NCBI GenBank assembly: GCA_044892525.1
Contig: CM097885.1
Location: forward strand, 3,102,001 to 3,166,000
Direction: 5' to 3'
DNA: 64,000 nucleotides
DNA from: Schmidtea polychroa
Taxonomy: Eukaryota
Position numbers and translations under genes: made by a program. Of the stretch, positions 29,947 through 44,633 are shown piece after piece. The notes under the pieces are model-generated. The model ran no database searches, was not told where the DNA came from, and saw only the letters and a list, made by a program, of their open reading frames with translations. Within the stretch, counting starts at the first letter, position 1. Each line of letters starts with the position of its first letter.

Positions 29947-30184
29947 ATGTTCAAGATCAGAATTCTAATGTCGGTGCTCGTGTTTATGGCGATTTGTCTG
30001 ACAGCGGGACTTGCTGAAATTGACGTAAAAAATGATTTCAGTTTTATTGTAACCTTCTAGTATGATTTAGAAACGGACTCCCAGATTCGGATTCAATAGA
30101 AATTTTGCAATTTATAAACGGATGCTGGAGAAACGCCTTATAGACCCTATGACATTCGGATACGGATTTTCTAATCTAAAATGA
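29947..30184 (+). CDS. spp-6: Planarin-family secreted peptide prohormone (spp-6-like); exons 29947-30024 and 30071-30184
   Basis: MFKIRILMSVLVFMAICLTAGLAEID|KR-TPRFGFNRNFAIY-KR-MLE-KR-LIDPMTFGYGFSNLK*; 46-nt intron at the same position as its paralog; TATA at about 29907; symbol from recall of the Schmidtea peptides. Confidence 0.88.
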
Positions 30185-30451
30185 TGAACTTGTTTGCCAT
30201 TGAAATTTTGTTTATTGTCCATTAGATTTGGTGTCAAAATTCTTTTATTAAAACTAATAAAATTTAGTATTAATACTATTACTATTATAATTCCATTTTA
30301 TTATTTTCTACATTTGGACTGCAGTATGAACACAACAGTATATTTCTTTATATCCAGGGGAGGCAGTGGTCAAATATTCCACACAATACCCATTAAAGAT
30401 AATAAGGTATTCTTTCGTCATTTAATTTCTTTTGATAAATACAATTAAAAA

Positions 30452-30721
<270 letters not shown>

Positions 30722-31010
30722 TTTCATTATAAAAAAGCGTCACCCAAACAATTCTTTTATGATATATTTAGACAGTTTTCCTGTCACAATCAGATAGAAT
30801 AGATTAACTATAGAAATTATAGGTTTTTGGAACAAATTTATTTATTATATCATATTTTTTATAAAAATATTTTATTCTATAAAAATTATAATTTAAATAA
30901 TAAGAAAATTAAAACAACCGCATTTGTTTCTTAAACCATAATATAATGTCAGTAAAAATAATAATAGCATTACATACAGTAATAAAAATAATATTTTATA
31001 GCCAAAAATA

Positions 31011-31070
<60 letters not shown>

Positions 31071-31073
<3 letters not shown>

Positions 31074-31290
31074 GGGTGCCCAAAATTTTCATTAAATTTG
31101 ATTTCCTAAGTTACATTTTTTTATAATAAATAGTTATATAGTTTAATTTTCCATATTTTGACATATATTTGTTTTATTGTGATGAATTTATTGCATTGTA
31201 GGTAAATATTATGTAAGTATTAAAAAGTAGATCGCATACACATTTTGGATGTGAATGTAGCTCTCCTAGAAAAATTAGTGGGCACCCCTG
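31071..31290. mobile_element. MITE inserted in a (TA)n tract
   Basis: TIR caggggtgccca / tgggcacccctg; (TA)n on the left, atatat on the right. Confidence 0.8.
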
Positions 31291-32125
31291 ATATATGGCA
31301 TATATAGAGAGATTACACCAGTGCAATGTTGAAAATCACAATTCTTTTATCGAAAGCTAAATAACTATTTATATCTACCAAATGAGATTCTCAAATCATA
31401 TGGCTATTTTAATCTTTCAAATCGTAGTCGCAACCCGTGGACAAGAATCGAACGAAGCCTACATATTGAATTATTCTTAACAACGCTATAAATTTCCAAA
31501 ATGCTTGCGAATTGACCGTGTTCACAATTCCATAACTTTTTTCATTGCACTAAAGTTCTGAAATTTTGATCTGCGTGAATTTTTCAGTAGAACAACTTAA
31601 AATAAATGGAAATAATGAAAACAGTTATCAATTACTCAATCTAATTTTGTTATTTTTTTAATTTTTATTTATTCTAAATATAAGTCTATATAACAATTTT
31701 AAATCCTTTTATTAATATAATGAATTTTCTACGCCGTGTGACAAAGACAATTTATAAACTCATTATTTACTAATATAAATTAAATATATATAATATTTAT
31801 TCGTTTAAAGTTTAATAAAATTTTTAATTTATAAATATGAATGAATAGTTTTTAATTCTTTTTAATAATAAATTTTCATATTTTTCATCAAGATTCGGAA
31901 TATTGAATAACATCTTTGTTTAAATATCCAACAAATTTTAAAAATTTTAATATAATATTGACGTAATAAATAATATTATAAAATAATATTAATTAAAATA
32001 ATATGTTAAAAAACAAACAATAATAAGCTAATAAAGTCAAAATTATCATTTTAAAAAGTCCTTATTCATCTTTTATATTGAATTAAATGCTTCTTTTATA
32101 GTTGTATTTTGATATTCATTGTGAA

Positions 32126-35100
32126 ATGGCATCGCTTTTCAAAAACTGGAGAACATCATCTGAGAGAATAGATAAATTTTTATCTGATAAATACTTTACT
32201 GATGCAAATCTTACTAAAATGTAATTTTATGTTTTAATAATTGTTAATTATGGATTTGGTAAAGAATCACAACTGATGTGAAACCGTTGACAAAGATAGA
32301 ACATCTGAAAATAGTTACAAATCCTAAATTGTCGACCAAAGATTCATTGGAATTATTTGATAAATCTGCTCTGAAAATTTCTGAAGTTATTTCTATGAAT
32401 CCCAATCAGTGGGAAACTGTAGATAAAGAATCGTTTGTGTTTGGAAATACGTAATGTTTCTTGGTTGTCAGTGATTGATAATTAATATTACAGATGGAGC
32501 ATTCATTGGTTTCGTATAGAATTTGATGTTCCACTCGAATGGGCAAAAGATAGCCAAAGTTTTACGACAGAATTGCACTGGAATAGCGAATGTGAAGTTC
32601 TTCTGATCAATTCCAATGGCAGGATAATCCAAGTAATTTTATGGCAATGCTGCTATATTTGGGGGGGCTCACAATAGCGGGAATGCCATGGCAACAGGGA
32701 CAGCAAATGTGACACAATAATGGGGAGGCGGTGAGGCTCACAATAATGGGGAGGGGAGAGGCTCACAATAACGGGGAGGAGGGGAGAGGCTCACAATAAC
32801 GGGGAGGAGGGGAGAGGCTCACAATAACGGGGAGGAGGGGAGAGGCTCACAATAACGGGGAGGAGGGGAGAGGCTCACAATAATGGGGAGGAGAGAGGCT
32901 CACAATAATGGGTGTCTTAGGGGAATGCCATGGCAACAGGGACAGCAAATGTGACACAATAATGGGGAGGCGGTGAGGCTCACAATAATGGGGAGGGGAG
33001 AGGCTCACAATAATGGGGAGGAGGGGAGAGGCTCACAATAATGGGGAGGAGGGGAGAGGCTCACAATAACGGGGAGGAGGGGAGAGGCTCACAATAATGG
33101 GGAGGGGGAGAGGCTCACAATAATGGGGAGGAGAGAGGCTCACAATGATGGGTGTCTTAGGGGAATGCCATGGCAACAGGGACAGCAAATGTGGCACAAT
33201 AATGGGGAGGCGGTGAGGCTCACAATAATGGGGAGTGGAGAGGCTCACAATAACGGGGAGGAGGGGAGAGGCTCACAATAATGGGGAGGGGAGAGGCTCA
33301 CAATAACGGGGAGTAGGAGAGGCTCACAATAATGGGTGTCTTGGGGGAATGCCATGGCAACAGGGACAGCAAATGTGACACAATAATGGGGAGGCGGTGA
33401 GGCTCACAATAATGGAGAGGGGCTCTCGATATTCACAGATAACATATCTCTCGCATTTAGGGCCTGAATGCAACGCATTCCCGGACAGCTGTTGCTGTAG
33501 CAGCCATCGACCCAGGTGCCCCTAGAGACCAGCACCATCACGTGCTGTATATCCAGGCATCCTGTAGTGATCTATTCGGTGCTGGCAACAATGGACTCAT
33601 CAATGCCCCTGATATGAACAAGACATTCAAATTAGTTACCGCCCAACTCCAACTGACCTCGGTAGCGGCAACGATCGTGCAAAGGGACCTGAAACTGTTA
33701 CTGGACATCACAGAGGTGACTTGATGGTGCCATTAGGTTATTGGTTAATTAGCTACAATTCAGGCACTGCCAAATAATGAGACAGGTTATCAAGCACTCC
33801 ATGCAGCCAATCAGACGGTCAATATGCTTGTTGACATGACAACCGACTGTATGAGCCAGAAACTGATCAAGTTGTATTCAATTGTGTCTAATTGGTTTAT
33901 TCAAATCATTTTCAGTGCTCGCCAATTCCTAGATAAATTTTTCTCCAGCAAGCTTGGCAATGACCGCCTGAGCCTTCATGCGATTGGTCATTGCCATATC
34001 GATACGGCCTGGCTCTGGCGCTATGGGGAAACTAGGAGGAAACTTGCACGCAGCTGGTCAACTGTTGTTGGGCTTTTGGATAGACATCCTAACATGACCT
34101 TTGTCTGTTCCCAGGTGCCTTATTGAATATGATATTCAATTATTATTATTTATTATAATTATTTTAATTTAGTTTGGAATTTTTGTGAGGATCGAGATTC
34201 AATAAGAGAATAAGCAGAGAAGGAAAGACTTGTTAAATTTTGTTTTGGAGTGATAAATATTTCAATAAATTTCTTCATTTCATTTAACCCTTGAAGGGAT
34301 GAGCAAACAGGTTTACATTGAATTGTAACGTGTCCAACACGACTCCGTCTCAATCTTATGCCATGAAATAAAAGGTTACTGTAGATGCTTTATGGTAAAA
34401 TATCGTTGAATGTTCTTTTATTGGCGGACAAACGAAGAAATAATTAGGAGACCAATTATGCAATTTGCGAAATCAGGTAAATATAAAGTCCAATGGTCCA
34501 CTGCAAACGCCTGCACTGCTATTTCATAACCTACATATGCACACATGTCCATAATCCATGTAGAAACTGTACATAGATGTCGAGATAACGACATTGTAAT
34601 TTGTTCAATCTACTTTCTTGCAATTTTTAACTTTAAAATGATTCACAGCGCAACCGTATTTCCAATTTAATTATTTGGTTTCATACCCAGTCAAAATTTA
34701 AGCATATTAGTTAAATAAAACAGTTTTACTCGCTCGGCATTTTATTCACCACTTGGTTGATTCTTCTTGAAAACTTCATAAGTAGTTTTAATATCTATCA
34801 TTGAGAGTGTCCCTGGTAGGAATAGGAACTGAGTTTGGTGTAGTTTGATAGGATTTACCAATTTCATATCGATTTCTTTTAAAAAATACATTTTGTAGTT
34901 GTGAAACATCTGCACAAGATGGTAAATAATTTTTATACCTTCTAAAGATTTTGACTGTCCAATCAAATTTGAGTAATTGGTTTTTATTTAATTTGCACGC
35001 GTGATGCATTTCTATTGTATTTGTAAATCTTTGTATTTATGTAATTATTAATATTCCTATAATTACATGTTAATAATGTCTTAATTTGAATTATTATAAT

Positions 35101-38100
35101 TACTATTATTATATAAACAAGAAATGTATAGTATGTGTAAATATCAAACTGTATTGTATTTATTTGATCTAGCCTATTTTTAAAGTTGATTTTACATAGA
35201 TAAAAAAGCTTAAAAATCGTGAAAATGATAAGAGCTTTGAAAAATTTTGAAAAAACATTGAAAGTTATGAAAAATGAAAAAACTTCTTTGACCTACATAA
35301 AAATACTAGGAATTTTAGATAAAACTTTCTTACCTGGAGGAGGTACTTGATTAATGTGACCAGATTTTTAGATGGGCAAAACTGGACAACTTTGAAGAAT
35401 GGGGGTATCAACAAAAATTTTCATATAGAATAAAAATAATATGGTAATATTTTTTGATTTTTAACATAAGTACAATTTATAAATATAACAAATTGCATAA
35501 TATTTTATTCCTTGACATATTTTTATTCATTTTGACTTGGGATAAATCGTGAAAAATCGGGACTATCATCGTATACTTGATCCAGCGATGGCCAATCCAT
35601 TTTCTGTAGTGTGTTTTCGTGGCTTTTTTTGTTTCCTTTTTGATCGGGTTTCTATAACTATTTATGCTCAGGTATGTTTCTGCTGTGTGTAGAGCCTTAC
35701 CGTGCCTTTCATTATTTTTTAAAAATCAAACATCTTGTTCTGTGGGTGTCTCTGTCTCCCCGATCAATTACTATGACTGCTTGTTGAATCAGCACCTAAA
35801 CTTATGTATTAAAAAGAGTTAGTAACTTTATCAATGTCTATATTTCTAGAAATAAATAATTTTCTTACCCCTAATTTTTAGATTCTTTTTGAGTATATCA
35901 TTTCTTATTTTTTATAAATACTCTTGGGTTTTTTTCCTTTGATTCATTTTCAGGGATTTTCTATTATTTTTAGAATTTTCTTTCTCAAATTTACCCATTT
36001 CTCCTCAATCCATTTTTACTCCATCATTCATTTGTTAATATTACTTCTTTAAAGCTTTCTTGTTTTGGATTTCCTATTTTATTGTCATTAATCTGGCTTA
36101 TTTCTGATTTTTTCATTTTTTATAGATTTTGAAGTAGTTTTGTCTTATTCGATGTATATTTATTTTCATATTTTGATGTTTTTTTAATTTAATAATTATT
36201 TTATTCTGTTTTTTCTGTTTTTTATTTTTTTATTGTCTTTCTGCTAATTTATTTATTACCCGCATCTTTTTGCTATTTTTTCTTTTCATGATTTAATCTT
36301 TTCATCTTTCTCTCGGGTGTTAATTTTTCGTTTCATTTAAACAAATGGATTATTCTCATAAAATTTGCCTAATCGAAATGAGTGATGTGCTTCTACTTGA
36401 TGGTAGTGTGCCTATGTACTACATCGGGAGCAATATTCTCTTGAATGGTCCGCCGTTTCCGTTTCGCTTCCTTGTTACGACGTAAGAACTTTATTTAACA
36501 GTATAATTTTACAATTTTCTCACTGATTCCATCTCAATTCAGTAATTCACTTGTTTCGACCTTTTAAAATTCGAGAAATGATGTTATTGGTAGCAGCATT
36601 TTTTAAATGTTTATCAAATGTAATTAAATTAAATGTAAACTTGGCAATTTAAAGGTTTTGCTTATCACTTACCATCATCACCATTGTCATTGATAGGCCC
36701 AGCAAATGGATTGGCTGAGAAAGGACTATCCGGAATTATTCATACGTATCAAAGCATTGGCTGAACGGAAACAATTCATTCCTGTCGGGGGAACCTGGGT
36801 CGAAATGGATGTCAATTTGCCTTGTTCTGAATCCCTCTGTCGGCAATTTCTATACGGTCAGAACTTCTATAAGGCGCAATTTGGTGCGTTCTGTCGGGAG
36901 GTAACTTTTGTAACTATTCTGAGAACCGATAGGAAATTACTGTTTATTGGACAGTTTTGGCTGCCGGATACATTTGGATATTCACCACAATTGCCGCAGA
37001 TAATGCGACAGGCTGGCATGACCAGGTTTATGACTCAGAAATTATCCTGGTCTCTTGTCAATAAGTTCCCGGTGAATATAATATCAATTATTCCGATTGT
37101 TATCGGTTTATTGATTGATTGTCATTCAGCATCACAGCTTCATCTGGCAAGGACTCGACGGATCTCGTGTAGTTACGCATTTCCCTCCCGGTGATTCATA
37201 TTCCATGACATGTACTGTTCCTGAGGTATTCTTATTTCCCCCGGGATTATTGATTTTGTCATTATGGATTACCTACCTAGTGATTTGTTGATTATTAATT
37301 GGTTGATTATTGATTAGTTGATGATTGTTGATTTTTTGATATGATTGGGTGATTATTACTTGATTTATTAGTGATTATTGGTTTATTGATATGATTTGAT
37401 GATTATTAATTGATTTATTATTGATTTATTGATACGATTGGCTGATCATTGATTTATTGATATGATTGGCTGATTATTAATTGATTTATTAGTGATTATT
37501 GATTTATTGATATGATTGTCTGATTATTAATTCGTTTGTAGATGCTGCAGTCAGCCACCAATCATGCTGATAAGGGGCGAGCACCGTGCGTCATGTACCT
37601 ATATGGACATGGTGACGGTGGTCAAGGCCCCACGTAAATAGTTATTGCTGTGCTATTATGTTATGTCGATATTTATTAGTGAGGAAATGCTTTATGCACT
37701 CGATCGGCTCGCAGATTTTGATGGGTTGCCAAGGTGATTTCGATTATTGATATGATGACATAATATAACCCGTTTATTTAGGATCACCCACTCGACACCC
37801 GATCGTTTCTATTTGGATCTGGAATGTGACAATATGGACAATTTGTGCACCTGGAACGGAGAATTGTTCCTTGAGCTTCACAACGGCACCTACACAACAC
37901 AGAGACAAGTTAGTAATTACCATAGCAACCGGAATTTAGCATTGAAATAAATAACGATTGGCAGTTGAAATTGGGTAATTCCCGTTGCGAGCAGTTGATG
38001 AGGGCTATCGAGATGCTCGTTTCCATAGTGATTCTCTGTCGGGCTCCTCGATCTGAGCAGGGTGACAGTGCCATGGCGACCGTTACGGGGATTCTCGAGC

Positions 38101-40661
38101 AAATAGAAGAGCAGTGGAAATTGATCCTGCTCAATCAGTTTCATGACGTCCTGCCCGGCACATCCATCGAGCAGGTACAAATCCTATTATCGCACTGTTG
38201 CTAGGGCTGCTAATGACTCGTTGCCAGGTCTGTGATGATGCCTATTGGGCGCATCGCTCAGTGATTGATTGGTGTCATCAAGTCACCCAATTGCTTGCCT
38301 TGATCCTCAACATAGTTAGTTGCTAATGTTCCGTTCTGCTTGCTCTCATCCATCTCATCTGCAGCTGCCTCCGTTCATCATCAATCCCACCAGCTGGCCA
38401 ATGCCAGTGCACTATTCATCACCAGGTAATCAATTATGGTTTCGTCCGTTGGTTTCTGTGCGCTGCGGTGCATTCTGATTGCCATTGATTGGTCCAGCAT
38501 TGATCCGTTCCCCCACATATCTGTGTGTGTGTGTGTCAATGGATCTCATTGACTGGGCCAATCACCAGCAGTTCTCTCATGACATAACATTTATTGATTC
38601 AGGTCAATTGGTGATCCCTGCCTATTCAATTGTGACCGCCACCTCAACTGGTGATCCTGTTGTCAAGGCTACTCGAGTGTCGCCAGGCGATGATTCAATT
38701 TCTCTCGATTATCAATTCGATTCATTGGCCAAGCTCCATTTGATTACCAATCGAATTTTCATGGTTGCCGTCGATGCTCAATGCCGGATCCGTCGCATGC
38801 GGTTGCTATGCCAGCCAGATTTCATGTAATTTCATTGTTAATGATGAATTGCATTTGATTGGCCGAATATTATTTTGTGTGTACAATTGGATAACAATTG
38901 GCAGATTTGCTATTGTCACTAGTGGTTACCATTGTTACTGTGTCACTAGTGGTTACCATTGTTACTGTTCACCAGTGGTTACCATTGTTACTGTGCCTGT
39001 TTTTATCTGCTCTCCTCTGCTGTGCTGTGCAATATTTACTCTTTGATTGTTTGCCACAACAATTATATAATAACAGGCAAAAAAATGTTCAGGCCTTGCA
39101 CAGCTGCCCAAGCCTTTTCATTCCCTTCCTCATTTGTCTGCTGAGTGATGACCTTCCCCCTCCCGCTCCCTCCCACTCCCTCTCTTCCCCAGTATTGGCT
39201 CAGGTTCCTTGCCGTAATGAATCACTCATATTGGCTCACTGCACATCACCTCGTATGCGTTTCCATGGCAACTGCCCAATTGTGATCCCTTGTGGCATTC
39301 CTCCGTATTGTTTAATGTTACCGATCGATATGAGCGAGCTCATTGCGCTATTGCATTCTAGGAATATCGTATCCAATGATGGTTTCGGTAATCAGCTGGT
39401 GATGTACGATGATGTTCCGCTGTTCTGGGATGCCTGGGACGTGATGGATTATCATTTGGAAACCGGGTTAGTTATTGATTATCATCTCTGATTATTGGCC
39501 GGTATCGATTGCCACACAAATATACATTATATATATATAATATCACATCTAGCACCGATATCGACCGGATGGCATCATTCCAGATGTTGCAAGAGGCCAC
39601 CGCTACTAGATCAAATCATTCTGTTACATTGGCAGCCAAATTCCGCCTGGAAAATACCGGCACCGTTGTGGAGCAGTTGCTAACGGTTACTGAGCACGCA
39701 GAGTTCTGCCAATTGTCCACCAAAGTTATTATCATTCCCCTATATGATATAATATATCGATTGTATATTCCCGATCAGATCGAGTGGCACGAGAAGCACC
39801 GAATGATCAAAGTCAAGGTTCCGACAGTGATCAATGCTCCCGAGGCCCAATATCGGACGCAGGCGGGATTCCATTCGCGCCCGACGCATCGCAACACGTC
39901 ATGGGACGCGGCAAAATATGAAGTCTGTGGTCACGATTGGATACATCTAGGAGAGGCCAATTGGGGAATCGCTGTTTTCAAGGAGGCCATTTTCGGGTCG
40001 TCAGTGATTGGCGGGAGCATTTATCTCTCCCTGTAAATATGGCTTGCTCATCGATATGTTGTTATCCATTGGTAACCGTTGCTATGCAGGTTGCGCGCAC
40101 CCACGAGCCCAGATGCAACTGCCGACAGGAAATATTTGCCCCACGTTTTCAATTACGCTCTCTTTCCGTTTGACTGTTCCGCTACCAACGGGTCGAATCG
40201 ATTTGCTACAATTTCCCGGCTGGCAGCTCAGTTCACCTGGAGTTGCGCTTGGGACCGCAATTCATTGGCTGATTGCAGCGGCTCACTGGAGCAAGTCTAC
40301 TCATTCCCTATTTCTATTGCGGCGCCTAGCAACGGGGAAGTGGCCATCGATTGGATAAAGCCGGTAATGCGCAACTGTCCGCCCTCCGTGACTGTTGGTA
40401 ACTGACTGATTTGTATTGATTGTTCCATTCTAGAAAGGCGGCAATTGCCGACAGTTTGTCATGCGATTGCACGAGCAGACTGGTGGAAGGTTCCTGGTGA
40501 AATTGATCAGTTCCCTCCCGATCGGATCGGCAACACTATGCAACATACTAGAGGAACGCATGGAAACAAATTACAGCAGCCTTCTTTGCACGAATGAATC
40601 AATCGAGCTGCTCATGTGCCCATTTGTCATTGCATCAATTATTGTTGAGTTTGCTAATTAA
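32126..40661 (+). CDS. MAN2C1: Cytosolic alpha-mannosidase 2C1 (GH38), multi-exon
   Basis: [108 protein letters not shown]; large introns at about 32634-33460 and 34115-36696. Confidence 0.95.
32660..33422. repeat. G-rich intronic minisatellite (about 25-28-bp units in an approximately 240-bp higher-order repeat)
   Basis: ggctcacaataa(c/t)ggggaggaggggaga units interspersed with four gggaatgccatggcaacagggacagcaaatgtg blocks. Confidence 0.93.
38913..38993. repeat. Three tandem copies of an approximately 26-27-bp unit in a MAN2C1 intron
   Basis: cactagtggttaccattgttactgt repeated. Confidence 0.85.
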
Positions 40662-42369
40662 TAGCACGTTAGGATTTGATTGGCTCCAATGTGCCGGTTG
40701 CTCTTCTAATTAGGTCCGCATTTTGTCATTTATATAGATTTAAACATATCCAATGGAATGTGCGATAACAAGCAATGTGCAATTAAATCAAATCAAGTTT
40801 TTATTGTTAAATAACAAGGCCAGTTAAGCATGAGGGGAGAAGTTCTCAACCCTTCATTCTCTACAGCTTTCTTTCTTTCTCTCTTCGGGCACTCACAACA
40901 AATGTGTTCTTCGACTTGCTATGAGTCTCCGTTATAACATTCAGGCATTGTATAGATAAGGTAATGCATTGTACCAGACTATCTATCATATCTTCTTTGT
41001 GGAATTTCAGGTTTGATAAGGTATTCTGATTAATCATTTTCCTGATCTTCGTTATGGGTTTTGATCGTTGGGTTAGGGTTGAATTGATATCTAATTCATT
41101 ATGGATGGATAAAAGGAAGGGAAGGAGTGATAGGATTGATAAGGAGTAATAGGAGGGGTAAGGGAAGGATAAGGGGTAGTAGGGATGGTAATAAGTATTA
41201 GGAAAGGTAAGGAGTAGTAGTATTATGAGGAGTAAGGTGTAGTAAGAGTAAAATGAAGTAGTAATATGATAGGTAAAGGGTGCTTTGAAGAGTTAGGATT
41301 TGTATGCTCAGTATGGAGTAGTATGAAATGTTAGGTTAATATTTGGGTTGAAATAATATCTAATTCATTAATTATGAGTAGCTAAGATGAGCTAGTTATT
41401 TAGGCTTTATGAATGATTATTTATGGATAATTGAAAGGGTAAGGAATATTAGGAGTATTAGGAAAAGTAATGATTAGTGGCAAAGAGCAATAGGAGCCAA
41501 ATGTAGCAGCAATATGAAGAGTAAGTAGCAGTAGGATCAAGATGAAGTAGCAATATGAATTTCAAGAAAGCACTGTGAATGGCAAGGAGCAGTATGAAGG
41601 AATAGTATGAAATGCAGAAAAGTAGGAAAAGCAGGCACTTGTGGGCCACTAAGTCGAATGCAAACACACACATGATAACACAATACAAAACAAAAAAACG
41701 AAAGACTCAAAAAATATAGCCATCAGACTGTGTAACATCTGAGGAAGAGACACATCCAAATCTGACCGTCGGTAGGGCAGACCGGGCATATTTGTAAGAA
41801 ATTCTGATTCAAAAGGCAGATATCCGGCTATCTGAATCCAATTGCCAGACGGGTACGGTGAATGTTCAGGCACTCGTAGATGGCCAAGCTAAATTGCCTC
41901 TGTATGTGATGCTCCGATGTAATCCATTGCGTTATGTCTTTTATTTATCTAGAAATTAAAGGTGAGGCACGCTTGGTGCTTTGAACATTGTAATTTATAA
42001 AAATAATAAAAATAGCAATAATATTAGTAATAATAATAATAGCAATAATTATAATAATACTAATAGTACCAAAATTAATCATAATATAATTAATAATAAT
42101 AATAAAAACAATAATAATAATAACAATAATATTAATATAGATTGACAAGAACTATCTTATAGTCGAAAATCTTTTCATTAAATACATTATTTGCAGCAAA
42201 AGGCTTAAATTATCACTTTATTGTTTTAAATAATAATGCTGCTACCAAGAAATCATCACTTTAATAATAATAATAATAATAATAATAACAATAACAATAG
42301 TAAAAATAATAACAATAATAATAACAGTAATGATAGATATCAAAATAATAGATATAGTAATGATATCTA

Positions 42370-44320
42370 GAGGGGAGCTTACTAGCAATAACAATAATAG
42401 TAAGGGAGGTATTATTGATCTTTATATGTGTGCTCCCTTTATATGATAGCTACTCTTTATTGCAGCAGTACATGAAAGGGCTTTGGTTTTGGGTTTGGAG
42501 AGGCCTATCTTCCTCAGGAGAGTTATTTAGTTTATCCCATGTTTCTAGAGTTCCTATAACAAAGGCTGATAGGGTAGATTTGCATTTATGGAGGTGGCCA
42601 ATTTCAATAGCAAGGTTTTTATACTTGTCGAAGTTATCTTACCTAGCCCTATTGAAGTTATCCCTAGACTCATATGGTACCTTAATGTCTAAGATGTGGG
42701 TATTTAGGTTTCTTTCAGATCTAATTAGCAGGTCGGGTCTCAGATTAGTTGCAATACCTATCAGTGGGCATTCTACATCAAAGTGAAAGTTTATAAAGGT
42801 GAGGTAGTCAGAGGTAGTTTATAGTATATTATTGTGCTTGTTTCTTCGTGCGTTAATTATGGCTGGGCAGTGATTAAAGATATGGGCCTGTGTCTCAGGA
42901 TGTGCATGAAAGTGTCTACAGAGGACAGATTTTTATTTTTAAGGCGTTCTTGGAGTAGTTTAGTTTGAGTAGGTTGTTTCTAGAGCGGATAAGAAAAAGG
43001 TATTGTGGATCAGTTAGAGTATCTGTTTTAATGAAGAATTCAGCGGTGCTACTTTCTCTTAGAGCCCATGAGATGTATCCTTGACACTTCAGTTCAAACC
43101 ATTTCTCTGCGTGGTAGAGTCCTATGAGGAAATATAGTTCAGATGAGGTGTCATGTATGTTATCCCTACTAAAGTAGTTTATACGGCCTCTATATTTAAC
43201 CCGAAGCTTTAGGATATCATCCACAATTTTGATTTTTGCCATTATCACATATTTTAGTAACAGTTTATTAGAGGATTTTCGTAATTTCGAAAAGAGTGAG
43301 AAGGTAGGGTAGCTGTGTGTAATATTTCCATTCAACCAGGCCAGTGCTGCTTCTAAGAGTCCCTTTCCCCTGGCAACTATGTTTCGAAAGCCTAAGTCGT
43401 CAGAGTTGAGGATCCTACTAAGGTGTACTATGCTCTGTATGAGGTATTCATCTATCGCAGACGTGGGGCCTATACCTCCTAGTTTAATGGAAGCGTATAG
43501 AAAGTTATTGTTGATTTGCATTATTTTGTCCCCCATTGCAACTCTAAAAATCTATTTTAATTTTTGGTCGTACCCCAGATGACGTAATTTGCCTCTCTGT
43601 TATCTTTTAGAGTCATGGGTCATGTGGTTAATTATACAGTTTCGGTAAGTGAAGATGAGTCTAGAATGTATGAAGATTTTGTATGAAGAGATTTTTTGGG
43701 CAGGTTGCAGGTGAGATTCAAAGATTTTGGATGTGTCACTTAGCGCAAGATCTAGCCTTTCTTTGATATTATGGTTATTATTAGAAAAGAAGTCAACTCC
43801 TAATTATCTGTATAGGTTATCCTCTTCTATTACTGGGATTGTTTCATTGTAAAGGGTCATTGAAAGAGGTTTTTCAGGGGTGTTTGAGGAGAAGTAACCA
43901 GATTTAGAGGATTTAAATTTTAGGTTGACGCTTTTTGCAAGACCTACTGTTTCATCTAGTGCCTTAGTGATCGATGAGTAGAAGTTAGATATGAGGACTA
44001 AGTCATCAGCGTAGGCTAAAAATACCTATGTTGTGGTCGTGGAGGAAAAGGGATGGTTAATCAGAATGTGTTTATGGATGAAATCTATACATAAGCAGAA
44101 GAGAGTCATGGAGAGGGGGCATCCTTGTTTTACTCCTTTAAGGATGGGTACAGATTGAGATTTTTCACATTTAAAAATTGTGTGTATATCAGAGTACATG
44201 TCTTTGATAAGGCTTATTGTTTTATTATGTAGACCCATTTGAGTGAGGGAGAGCCATATGAGGTCATGAGAAATGGAACCGAAAGCATCTGTGATATCTA
44301 GCCAGATAATGTTGAGTTCG
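42370..44320 (-). mobile_element. 5'-truncated, degenerate RLE-type non-LTR retrotransposon (NeSL/R2/R4-like)
   Basis: WLDITDAFGSISH, GVKQGCPLS, LAYADDL, CCHC-like ETQAHIFNHC, LRPDL...ILDIKVPYE and DKY (PD-D/ExK endonuclease). Confidence 0.88.
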
Positions 44321-44419
44321 AACCTTTTCGAATAATTTTAAGTTTTAACGAAATAATTACGAAATTAATTATTAAATTGATCGCATAAAAAATCAATTTT
44401 AATTAAAATTTATATTTAT

Positions 44420-44633
44420 CAGTGGCATACGGTGGGTTTTCATGCAGGGTGTGATGAGAACAACAACAATAATAATAAAAAACTATAAAAATGTACATTA
44501 AAGACGCCATTAACTTTTTATTATTTATTTGTACACAAAATCCATACGTTATTATTACGCTATATTATTATTGCAGAAAATTATTATCTTTCATAATTTT
44601 GCACACCCTGCACATATGGACCGCACGCCACTG
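44420..44633. mobile_element. hAT MITE
   Basis: cagtggcatacggt / accgcacgccactg; perfect 8-bp TSD atatttat. Confidence 0.85.

Noticed and set aside
32660..33422. Repeat-spacer appearance suggesting a CRISPR array
   Set aside because: No unique spacers, no cas genes, eukaryotic intron.
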